Assembly (NCBI GenBank): GCA_964441355.1
Contig: CAYTXY010000002.1
Coordinates: 1 to 33,612 of the forward strand
DNA from: an uncultured bacterium
GTDB taxonomy: Bacteria > Chlamydiota > Chlamydiia > Chlamydiales > SM23-39
DNA: 33,612 nucleotides
Direction: 5' to 3'
Part shown: positions 9,411 through 17,379 of the stretch, in pieces
Position numbering within the stretch: position 1 is the first letter of the stretch
Layout: the number at the start of each line of letters is the position of its first letter
Translations under genes and position numbers: made by a program
Notes under the pieces: generated by a model
Databases searched by the model: none
Told to the model about the DNA's origin: nothing
Seen by the model: only the letters and a program-made list of their open reading frames with translations

Positions 9411-10855
9411 AGATAGGCTTTGTTGTCCTCAATTCCAATGGCGAGAATCAATTGGTTCTCTTCATGATTCAAAGTCATACTCCCGCAAAACTCAACTCCT
9501 TGATGGAGAAATGTAAAGGGTTTTGAGATCTTTTTTACGAAAAAGCGATGGTCGAGATAGACGAACCGATGAAGATAGCAGCGGGATTGGTCGGAGGTGT
9601 AGGTCACTTCATGGATGAGGACCAAATAGCCATCATCAAATGGAATCGGTCCCGCAGACCCCCTGAACTGGGTAAAATCGTAGGTTGGCTCATAACTTAA
9701 ATCTAGGATGCAGTCGCCCGTTTCGATGTCGAGTTGGTAGATGACGAAGGGAGAATAGGAATAGATGACATAGAGGGTCTCGTCTTTGATGAAGGGAAGC
9801 CAATTCTTCTCGCAGCGAGAAGGGTCGGGTCCATTCAGAAGGAGCAATTTCTCGACGTTTCCATTGCTGCCCATTTTACAGAGAGAGATTTGAGGAATGC
9901 CATCGAGCGTATTGTCGCGCGTTGTGCAAGTAAACCAAGAAGATCCTTGAAACTTAAAAATCCGGGGATCTTCAAGTCCCTGCACGAAGCAAGAGGGGCG
10001 CCGTTCCCGCACTAGGTTTTCGATGATCTCCTGTTGGGAAAGGATCTGGAATTCTTTCGAATATTGAACGAGAAAATTCCTTGTATTGAAATATCCCGTA
10101 GAATCGATCGTTTCAAACTCTTTTGCCCCCTTTTGGGTGTAATTGACCGATCTACAAATGACCTCGTACCCATTTTCCGTCTTCACGATCGAAGGATTCA
10201 TTGGATGGTACCGCTCGCTACTCTCTTCTGTAATCAGGGGAAGATCGATTTCAATGGGTCGAAAGTGGGCGTTTTTGAGATTTTGCGTGTAATAAAGGAT
10301 GTTGCTGTACGCCTGGTTTTTTACATACCAAGGGACCTCTTTTCTGAGGAGAAGGTCGCTTGCTGCCTTGTATCCATCCTCTTTGAAACGGGTATAAAAC
10401 GATACGATCGAAAGCTCCTCGTCAAAGTGGTAGTCGGAAGATGGGAAAAGGCGAGAGCCGTGTTTTGCAAATATGTAAGCGAGATCGGGTTCCCCATGGA
10501 GCCTGTAATGAGCGGCAATATTGAGAAGAGGGTTGGGATGGCTGGGATCGGTCTGATGGGCCTCAAGATACCAGTAGAGGGCGTTTTGCCATTCGTTGGT
10601 CCGTTCATAACACTCCCCTAGATGAAATTTAGCGGCCCAAGTCTGAGCTTTATCACCCTCTTTTTTTTCGAGTCGAATTTTATACCATGGGATGGCATCT
10701 GCATATCGATGTGTCGAAAGATAGGATTCGGCAAGGTGAAAAATATGGTCGGTATTCTCGGGATTGCGCTTCAGCGACTCCAAGTAAAACTCAATCTCAT
10801 TTGTCCATAAAGAAAATGAACTTAACAAAAGAAGAGACTTAGAGAGACTCTGCAT
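9356..10855 (-). CDS. TPR-repeat protein fused to the same glycan-processing-like domain (499 aa)
   Basis: N-terminal TPR-like helices (FHLAESYLSTHRYADAIPWYKIRLE...ALYWYLEAHQTDP). The C-terminal domain is paralogous to 8361-9410. ATG 10855; N-terminus MQSLSKSLLLLSSFSLW. Confidence 0.75.
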   Translation of the reverse strand: MQSLSKSLLLLSSFSLWTNEIEFYLESLKRNPENTDHIFHLAESYLSTHRYADAIPWYKIRLEKKEGDKAQTWAAKFHLGECYERTNEWQNALYWYLEAHQTDPSHPNPLLNIAAHYRLHGEPDLAYIFAKHGSRLFPSSDYHFDEELSIVSFYTRFKEDGYKAASDLLLRKEVPWYVKNQAYSNILYYTQNLKNAHFRPIEIDLPLITEESSERYHPMNPSIVKTENGYEVICRSVNYTQKGAKEFETIDSTGYFNTRNFLVQYSKEFQILSQQEIIENLVRERRPSCFVQGLEDPRIFKFQGSSWFTCTTRDNTLDGIPQISLCKMGSNGNVEKLLLLNGPDPSRCEKNWLPFIKDETLYVIYSYSPFVIYQLDIETGDCILDLSYEPTYDFTQFRGSAGPIPFDDGYLVLIHEVTYTSDQSRCYLHRFVYLDHRFFVKKISKPFTFLHQGVEFCGSMTLNHEENQLILAIGIEDNKAYLCTVDLNTIHSYLYSLSH

Positions 10856-11615
10856 AATTTCTCATCGTCTCTATGAGCGCCGCGGTTTGATCCGTTTTCT
10901 TGATCCAAAGCAGCGTCCCTTTTCCTTGAGGGATGAAAATCCTTTCATAGTCTTCCGGTGTTGCCACTTTTCTGTAACCGTAAATGTCACCCTCCTGAGG
11001 GGAGATGGAAGAGGCGCAATCATGAGCCAATATAATCGGTGCCTTGTCAAAAAGTAGCTGTACAAGAGCTCCCCGGAGAAGCGTGGAGGGGTCCACCAAA
11101 GCCAAGTCCACTTTATTGAACTTCATGAGATTGCCGAGGAAGGTCTTAAGCTCCGTCTGATAGGCGCCATCAGAGGGAACTTGACCTGTCGACGCATAAC
11201 TCATTTCCGCTTCACTGAGTTTTACGCTCGCAAAGTACTTATAGGGCGCCCAGGCAAAATCGCCGGAATAATTGCTAAAATAGGCAATGGGAATCCAATT
11301 CGAATAACCTTTGTAAAGATCCAGACAGTACTTGATCCAATCGGGCTTCAATTGGCCGATAATGAATTCTACAGAGAGTACTTTCGTGCACTTGTCCAAG
11401 AAGTATTTCGTCGAAAACCCAAGGCCGAATTCTAAAAGGGTCTTCACTTTATAGTTTTCGAAGATCTTTTGAATGTGTTCAATATGGTCGCATTGACCCG
11501 TTTCCCTTCCTGTTTGGACCAAAAACTCGTAGGTGATGTCGTCTGCCTTGGTTGGTAGGGGAAGGGTCGCATGGGCAAAATTAATTGCGGAAATGAATAA
11601 TAATAAAAACTTCAT
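10839..11615 (-). CDS. Hypothetical exported protein, possible methyltransferase-like fold
   Basis: TLLEFGLGFSTKYFL resembles SAM motif I, which is weak evidence. The ATG overlaps the upstream stop (ATGA) and the 3' end overlaps the next gene by 17 nt. N-terminus MKFLLLFISAINFAHA. Confidence 0.55.
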   Translation of the reverse strand: MKFLLLFISAINFAHATLPLPTKADDITYEFLVQTGRETGQCDHIEHIQKIFENYKVKTLLEFGLGFSTKYFLDKCTKVLSVEFIIGQLKPDWIKYCLDLYKGYSNWIPIAYFSNYSGDFAWAPYKYFASVKLSEAEMSYASTGQVPSDGAYQTELKTFLGNLMKFNKVDLALVDPSTLLRGALVQLLFDKAPIILAHDCASSISPQEGDIYGYRKVATPEDYERIFIPQGKGTLLWIKKTDQTAALIETMRNYAESL

Positions 11616-12532
11616 AATTTCTCTTTGTTCAAATAGTTTGGGCCGCCGTTGTCAGACGGGGCTTTGGGCAAGTTGGAAACGATATCTTCCGCGACGGTGT
11701 AGAGTTTGATTCCTCGGGGGAAAATATATTCCATGTCGTAGGGAAAAAAAATCTGATGTGCTTTAAAATATTGAAGCAGTTTTTGGATGCCGGACCTGCG
11801 GATGATCATTGAAGTAGCTCCGCTTCTTGCCCCCACTTCGTAAAAATCTGGGCTCACCATTGTTTTTTTTGTGAAATCGTTCGTTGAAAAGCCGAGAAAA
11901 TCGGGCCTCTTGCCCGCCCAATAGGTGGTTGTATAGTTCCCACTCGAATCGCGCATGTCCCGGTCCGTGAAAAGCATATCCCAATTTTCCCGTCCTACCA
12001 GGTGATCCAGCTTTTCGATCACGTTCGGGATCGTTCTGGGATCAAGAAGCACTTCGATATCGTCTTCCATGACCCAAATTGTCTCATAACCAGAATCAAA
12101 AGCATCCTGGAGGACCGAAATATGGCTCAGACAGATCCCCACTGCGCCTCGGGACATACAGTGGCAAAAATAACTCTGCCCATAATTTTGGATGATTTCA
12201 TGGCTAGGCTCGAAACGGCTGTCCAGCGGATAGCAGGTTCCTAAGATGCCCCCTTCCATTTCGATCGAATACACTAGACCCACATCATTCAGAGTTTCTA
12301 GACTCAGCTCCCAGCCGTTGACCGCTGAAAATCGGTGCGGATAGATCTGGAAAGGAGCGAGTTGATCGAGAGAATTTCTAAATTTTTCAGGCCTTTGATC
12401 GAGGTTAATCATGTAAATATAATCGATCCCGCTCATAGAATGAACCGGCGATTTGTTCAACGCCTTTTTCAGATGATCTTCGATATCAGAAAATAGAGAT
12501 GCCGAGAGCGTAAGAATGATCAAGAACCACAT
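11612..12532 (-). CDS. Glycosyltransferase family 25
   Basis: IDYIYMINLDQRPEKF...FSAVNGW...CMSRGAVGICLSHISVLQDAFDSGYETIWVMEDD. The first ATG is at 12532 (MWFLIILTLSASLFSD). The tracked ORF extends to a GTG at 12574. Confidence 0.9.
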   Translation of the reverse strand: MWFLIILTLSASLFSDIEDHLKKALNKSPVHSMSGIDYIYMINLDQRPEKFRNSLDQLAPFQIYPHRFSAVNGWELSLETLNDVGLVYSIEMEGGILGTCYPLDSRFEPSHEIIQNYGQSYFCHCMSRGAVGICLSHISVLQDAFDSGYETIWVMEDDIEVLLDPRTIPNVIEKLDHLVGRENWDMLFTDRDMRDSSGNYTTTYWAGKRPDFLGFSTNDFTKKTMVSPDFYEVGARSGATSMIIRRSGIQKLLQYFKAHQIFFPYDMEYIFPRGIKLYTVAEDIVSNLPKAPSDNGGPNYLNKEKL

Positions 12533-12599
12533 ATACCGCTCGTGATTAAAAAATCGGTTCTGGCGGCTCCCCACCCCAAAAACGATGCGTTTTTAACGA

Positions 12600-13364
12600 T
12601 CAAGAACCACATAGGATCTCAGCAGAAGTTGTATAAGGGCGATGTTTAGGATCTTCACGATGGCCGCCGTTCGGCCCCTTTCCATAGGCTGGGTATCGAT
12701 AGATCTGGTTCACATCGTTCACATTTTTGAATAGCCATGGGGATTTTTGTAGCAAATCGTCGCGGATGAAGAATAAATTCATTCCGACATTTTCTGCGTA
12801 GACCAAGGAATACCCTTTTGCCCTCCCTAAATTGTACATAGCTAGGAGGCTGGCGCCAAAATAGTTGGTGTCATCTCCACAGTAATAAGCCCTGTATTTA
12901 GCGACCTTATCAACATCTGGCAAATGAGTCGCATTATATTTGATGAGAACAACTTGAGGTTTATATTTGGGATCTAGATTCTTCCAAATGTAAAATTCGT
13001 TATAGTTGTCTATGCAAAGCAGATCGAACTCCTCTGGAACTCTATATTTTATAAGGAGTTGATTGATGTTGTCCGCTGTAACGAACTCCTTGTAATGCTT
13101 GTACTCCAACTTTTCGTGCGCCCGATCCATCAACAAACAGTTCCACCCCTGAAGACGAAGCAGATAGGAGTTGCTGCCGGTAATTCCGTCGCCGGCGCTA
13201 AACTCTACAACAAATCGAGAGGAGGGGGGGATTAGTTGAAAAATTTGCGCGATGATCCCATCTTCCCCATGCAAACTGTAGAGCCTCTTTTCATAGTTTG
13301 AAAGATCGATCTCTGAGCCAAAGAGGCTGGAGAAAATACAAAATGCAGCCATCAATTTATTCAT
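12600..13364 (-). CDS. Hypothetical exported protein (254 aa), possible methyltransferase-like
   Basis: LHGEDGIIAQIF...FVVEFSAGDGITGSNSY motif. N-terminus MNKLMAAFCIFSSLFGSE. ATGA overlap with the upstream gene. Confidence 0.55.
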   Translation of the reverse strand: MNKLMAAFCIFSSLFGSEIDLSNYEKRLYSLHGEDGIIAQIFQLIPPSSRFVVEFSAGDGITGSNSYLLRLQGWNCLLMDRAHEKLEYKHYKEFVTADNINQLLIKYRVPEEFDLLCIDNYNEFYIWKNLDPKYKPQVVLIKYNATHLPDVDKVAKYRAYYCGDDTNYFGASLLAMYNLGRAKGYSLVYAENVGMNLFFIRDDLLQKSPWLFKNVNDVNQIYRYPAYGKGPNGGHREDPKHRPYTTSAEILCGS

Positions 13365-14032
13365 AACGACTTCTTTTTAAATAATATGCAGTTTCCGTTA
13401 TCGATCAGGCGAACCACATCGCACTCTGCGGTCAAAAGATCTACGGCATCCTGCCTTTCCCTCCAAAGGGTGTCGTTCATCCAGATATATCCGCCGGGCC
13501 GTACTTTGGGTAAGTAGAGCTCCACATCCTGGATTGAACAGAATTCACTGTGATTTCCATCGAGGTATAGGATATCGATTGAGTCGATTGAAGAGGCAGC
13601 TTGTTCGGAAGTGGCTCTGATCGTTTCCACATAATCTTCGAGATGTTGTTTTCTCAGCATATTGTTATATGATTGATAGATGTAATGTATATTCAATGAC
13701 CCCCACCATTTTAAATTCATCGCATCTTCGATTGGATCGAAATATTTAATGCATTCGATTTTATCCCAAGGATCGATTCCTATAATGACTCCAGATTTAA
13801 GATATTTCAGAGCTGAGGCGACAGGGAAAAGCGAGGATCCTCCAAACACTCCGATCTCGACGCATATATCGGGCTTTGTTTCCAATACCAAGTCGATGAA
13901 TGCCAACGCTTTGTCTTTTGAGCACCACCCCTCAAGAGTGGGTAAGACGTTGCAGACGTTTTGTTTCAGAGCATCGATTGTTTCACCTTTAAGAGAAAAA
14001 ATGCAGCAAAATAAAAATACTAACTGTTTCAT
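13361..14032 (-). CDS. Class I SAM-dependent methyltransferase (Methyltransf_24-like)
   Basis: CVEIGVFGGSSLFPVA, GIDPWD, LYLDGNHSE and GGYIWMND motifs. Paralog of 14029-14715. N-terminus MKQLVFLFCCIFSLKGE. Confidence 0.8.
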   Translation of the reverse strand: MKQLVFLFCCIFSLKGETIDALKQNVCNVLPTLEGWCSKDKALAFIDLVLETKPDICVEIGVFGGSSLFPVASALKYLKSGVIIGIDPWDKIECIKYFDPIEDAMNLKWWGSLNIHYIYQSYNNMLRKQHLEDYVETIRATSEQAASSIDSIDILYLDGNHSEFCSIQDVELYLPKVRPGGYIWMNDTLWRERQDAVDLLTAECDVVRLIDNGNCILFKKKSL

Positions 14033-14715
14033 TTTTTATACCAAATTCCCCATTGGCATGCTTCATTGATTTCGGCAATTTTGTGGCAGTGAGTGTTTAA
14101 ATAATCTATGGCACGCTGAGTTGTGGCAACCCCATTTTCGAACCAGTTCATATCGTCGAAAACGATCCAGCCCCCCTTTTTGACCAAGGGAACCCATTTC
14201 GTGACATCGATGTAAGAGGTCGCGTCAGAATGATTTCCATCGATGTGCAATAGGTCAATGTTGTAGATGGGGGCGGCGTCTGCGGAAGTAGCGCGAATCA
14301 GTTCGACGTGATCTTGAAGCCCTCGCTTCTGAATTACATATGTCAAGTGCCTTAGAACCTCTTCGTGATCCACATGGCTCCAAAAAGCGATATTGCTCTC
14401 ATGAGAAGCGCCTTCGATGGAAGCCTGATTGTCCCAGGGATCGATGCCGTAAATTTTTCCCTTTTCTCGCCTTGCGAATAGGGTATAGGCCATGGGGAGA
14501 AGCGATTTTCCTCCCCATACGCCGATTTCAACAATGGTCTTGGCTTCCGAGGCCATGATAAGATCGATCAAAATCGAGGCTTTTTGGCGCGAGCACCAGC
14601 CGTGAACTTCGTCCATGCAAGCGTAAGCCTCGGTTTTATTTCCGATGGTTGCAGGGCGCATGTCTACAACATATTCATAATGAGACTCGGGCTGTGCATA
14701 AAGCATTTCTTGCAT
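14029..14715 (-). CDS. Class I SAM-dependent methyltransferase (Methyltransf_24-like), no signal-like N-terminus
   Basis: IVEIGVWGGKSLLPMA, GIDPWD, LHIDGNHSD and GGWIVFDD motifs. It is the only full-length island product with a hydrophilic N-terminus (MQEMLYAQPESHYEY). Confidence 0.8.
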   Translation of the reverse strand: MQEMLYAQPESHYEYVVDMRPATIGNKTEAYACMDEVHGWCSRQKASILIDLIMASEAKTIVEIGVWGGKSLLPMAYTLFARREKGKIYGIDPWDNQASIEGASHESNIAFWSHVDHEEVLRHLTYVIQKRGLQDHVELIRATSADAAPIYNIDLLHIDGNHSDATSYIDVTKWVPLVKKGGWIVFDDMNWFENGVATTQRAIDYLNTHCHKIAEINEACQWGIWYKK

Positions 14716-15641
14716 TATTTCTTCTCGTAATTAGGAGCGCCGTTATCGGAGGGTGCGCCGGGCTGCGTTGACACGATATCGAATCTAGCCGAATAGAGCT
14801 GTATTCCGTTCGGAAAGACAAAGTCGATGTCGTAGGGGAGAAAAATGTGATACTGCTTCAGAAAATCGAGAATCTTTTTCATTCCGGACCTGCGGACAAT
14901 CATCGAATAGGCGCCGAAACGAGAGCCGATTTTTTTTATGTTGGGGCTAACATCAACTCTTTGAGAATATTGATTGGGATTCTCAGGATAAAAATTGGGC
15001 CTCCAAGCAAATCCGTAGCTGGGAACATATTCTCCTCGTGTGTTTTTTGTATCAGGATCGGTGAAAAAAACATCCCAGCCGTTTTTCCCTTGAAGGCGGT
15101 CCAATTCGTCGATAATGTCGGAGAGGATATGAGGATTTTGAATCACGTCCACATCGTCTTCCATAACCCATATCGTCTCATAGCCTGAATCATATGCGTC
15201 TTGCAGGATGGAAAGATGACTGAGAGAGATGCCGATCGCGCCTCTAGACATGCAGTGGCAAAAGTAATTTCTACCGAGGACGCTGACTGGCTCGTGTTTT
15301 GGCACAAGGTCCTCCTCATAGTAGGTTCCCCATTTTTCCGTGGTCATCCATGGCTGGAGACAGACTCCCACGTCATTGATAGTCTCTAAAGAAAGTTTCC
15401 ACCCATTGACTGCTGAAAAGCGGTAGGGTGTGATCCCATAAAAGCTTAACTGCTCTTTACATTTTTCGAACTTTTCAGGCCGCTGGTCCAGGTTAAGCAC
15501 ATAAATGAAATCGATGTTTCGCATGGAATAGGTGCCAGACTTTTCAAGCGCGGGTTTAAAATGATCTGGAATCCGCGCTTGCAGTTCTGCGAGGGACAAG
15601 ACAGAAATCAAAAATAGAATTCTTAGAAGTGCGGCTTTCAT
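14715..15641 (-). CDS. Glycosyltransferase family 25
   Basis: IDFIYVLNLDQRPEKF...FSAVNGW...CMSRGAIGISLSHLSILQDAYDSGYETIWVMEDD. The first ATG is at 15641 (MKAALLRILFLISVLSLAELQA). The tracked ORF extends to a TTG at 15683. Confidence 0.9.
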   Translation of the reverse strand: MKAALLRILFLISVLSLAELQARIPDHFKPALEKSGTYSMRNIDFIYVLNLDQRPEKFEKCKEQLSFYGITPYRFSAVNGWKLSLETINDVGVCLQPWMTTEKWGTYYEEDLVPKHEPVSVLGRNYFCHCMSRGAIGISLSHLSILQDAYDSGYETIWVMEDDVDVIQNPHILSDIIDELDRLQGKNGWDVFFTDPDTKNTRGEYVPSYGFAWRPNFYPENPNQYSQRVDVSPNIKKIGSRFGAYSMIVRRSGMKKILDFLKQYHIFLPYDIDFVFPNGIQLYSARFDIVSTQPGAPSDNGAPNYEKK

Positions 15642-15715
15642 AAGAGGCAAGATCTTATGAAAATCGTGAAAAAACAGGAACAAAAATTTTTTAGGCGGTT
15701 GGGCCTCTCAGCAAA

Positions 15716-16966
15716 CTACTTTAGTATAGGCTCTTCACAAAAGCCTCGCCTCGCAGCTATTTTTTCTCTCAGCTTTTCAATGGGGAACGTCCTGTTGGTT
15801 TCAGTTAGAAGACGCCATGAATCTGGGAGATCTGCATTTGTCAGCAGTTTATTGCAAGCATCTAGCGATTCTTCGTAGTGGTTTGCATAATAGGAACAAA
15901 TCGAAAATTGGAAGAGAAGTCCATAATCTTCGATCCAGTCTACATTGAAGAGGGCGTCTTTCGCTGAGGGTTTTGGATTCAGTTCGTGCGTTTTCAAGAT
16001 TCGATAGGCTTCTTCGTATCGGCCGAGGTGGTTCAAAATTTCGGCAATGAAATAGACCGGTTCAGCGCGATGCGGACGATAGGCGTGGGCGTCCTTGTAA
16101 GATTCCAGGACGACATTTGAAGGAAATTTGAGGTCCCGCAGGATGTGGGATATCTGTATTTTCGACCAGAACACTTCCTGGTCCCAGCCGTTCATGGCAA
16201 TCCTTTTCTGGTACATTTCGAGGGCTTTTCCTTTCTCCCCTGCATCGCGGTAGCTCTCGGCCAAATAAAATGCGTAGCGTGCATTGTCCGGCTCTGAGTT
16301 GAGCCCTTTTTCTAATAGCTGCACATTCTTCATGAATTTTTGCTTCAAATCACGAGAGGCGGCGCCATCATCGAGCGTGATGTATCTAACCGTTTCGAGC
16401 AGTTCGGAAGTGTAGGGATGAGGACAATCCAAGTACTCATGGGTTACGCCGATATACCTCCAGGGGAGGTCCCCTTTGATGATCTGAGGCCTTTGGTAAG
16501 TAAAGCCTTTGCTGCCGCGCCACATGCAATATTGATCTTGAGTCAAGTGGGGAAGTTGTGTCTGACCGGAGAACTCCAGCACATCGTCGGCATCCATAAG
16601 AAGGATATATTCGGCTTTATCTTTTGAGAAAGCGATAGCTTCAGAGCGAGTCTCTCCCCAATTTTTCCACGGAATTTCATGCAGCTCTCCCGGAATCTCC
16701 GATAGATATTCCTGAATGATTTTCTGAGTGCCGTCAGTCGATCCAGTATCTACGATGACCCAGTAGTCGATGATTGGCATCACCGAATCTAAACAACGGG
16801 TGATTACATGAGCTTCATCCTTGACAATCATGTGTAGACAAAGTTTTGGAAGCTGTAGGGGTTGGATTTCAGTATCGGGAGCCGCTTCTCCGGTCGTCTC
16901 GTGATAGAGTTCTTGGGAAACAAGCGGAACGATAAAGGCGAAAAGGCAAAAAAGCAATCTGTGCAT
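15716..16966 (-). CDS. Family 2 glycosyltransferase fused to a C-terminal TPR module
   Basis: CLHMIVKDEAHVITRCLDSVMPIIDYWVIVDTGSTDGT and LLMDADD are GT2 motifs. The C-terminal TPR (FYLAESYRDAGEKGKALEMYQKRI...) is homologous to the N-terminal TPR of 9356-10855. ATG 16966 is preceded by AGGAG at a 5-nt spacing. The ORF extension to 17140 has no support. Confidence 0.85.
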   Translation of the reverse strand: MHRLLFCLFAFIVPLVSQELYHETTGEAAPDTEIQPLQLPKLCLHMIVKDEAHVITRCLDSVMPIIDYWVIVDTGSTDGTQKIIQEYLSEIPGELHEIPWKNWGETRSEAIAFSKDKAEYILLMDADDVLEFSGQTQLPHLTQDQYCMWRGSKGFTYQRPQIIKGDLPWRYIGVTHEYLDCPHPYTSELLETVRYITLDDGAASRDLKQKFMKNVQLLEKGLNSEPDNARYAFYLAESYRDAGEKGKALEMYQKRIAMNGWDQEVFWSKIQISHILRDLKFPSNVVLESYKDAHAYRPHRAEPVYFIAEILNHLGRYEEAYRILKTHELNPKPSAKDALFNVDWIEDYGLLFQFSICSYYANHYEESLDACNKLLTNADLPDSWRLLTETNRTFPIEKLREKIAARRGFCEEPILK

Positions 16967-17076
16967 ACGTGCTCCTAAAAAAAAGCAAGAAATGATTTTA
17001 AGCGAGCTGGGATTTTTTAGGTTCTTTTTTGTGTTTTTTTTATATGTAATGGACAATTCGTGTGGCTGGAGAGGAA

Positions 17077-17182
17077 AACGATTTAACGATATAACGATGA
17101 GAAAATCGGACGATTTTGTCCTTCCGTTGCTTTGCGACAATCTTCTTTTTTATCGTTATATCGTTAAATCATTGTTATCGTT
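17077..17182. promoter_or_regulatory. 22-nt inverted repeat built from AACGAT boxes, candidate operator in a divergent promoter region
   Basis: AACGATTTAACGATATAACGAT (17077-17098) faces ATCGTTATATCGTTAAATCATT (17152-17173), matching at 21 of 22 positions when reverse-complemented. Boxes have an 8-nt period, with an extra ATCGTT at 17177-17182. The site lies between the divergent genes starting at 16966 (-) and 17380 (+). Confidence 0.5.
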
Positions 17183-17379
17183 GCCCTTGCTCCTCAACGC
17201 GAAATTTTTTGTCTAGTACACGGGTTTTTTCTAGGTGCTCTCTGTTCGGCTAAAATAAAAACTTGACTGTTTTTTTTCTTAATGCGATCCTAACCGTTTC
17301 TTTTTTTAGAGTTAACTCATCAGCTACCTGGGTTTGAGTTTAACTCTTGGAAACAAACCCGGGTTAAAGTGATGTGAGA

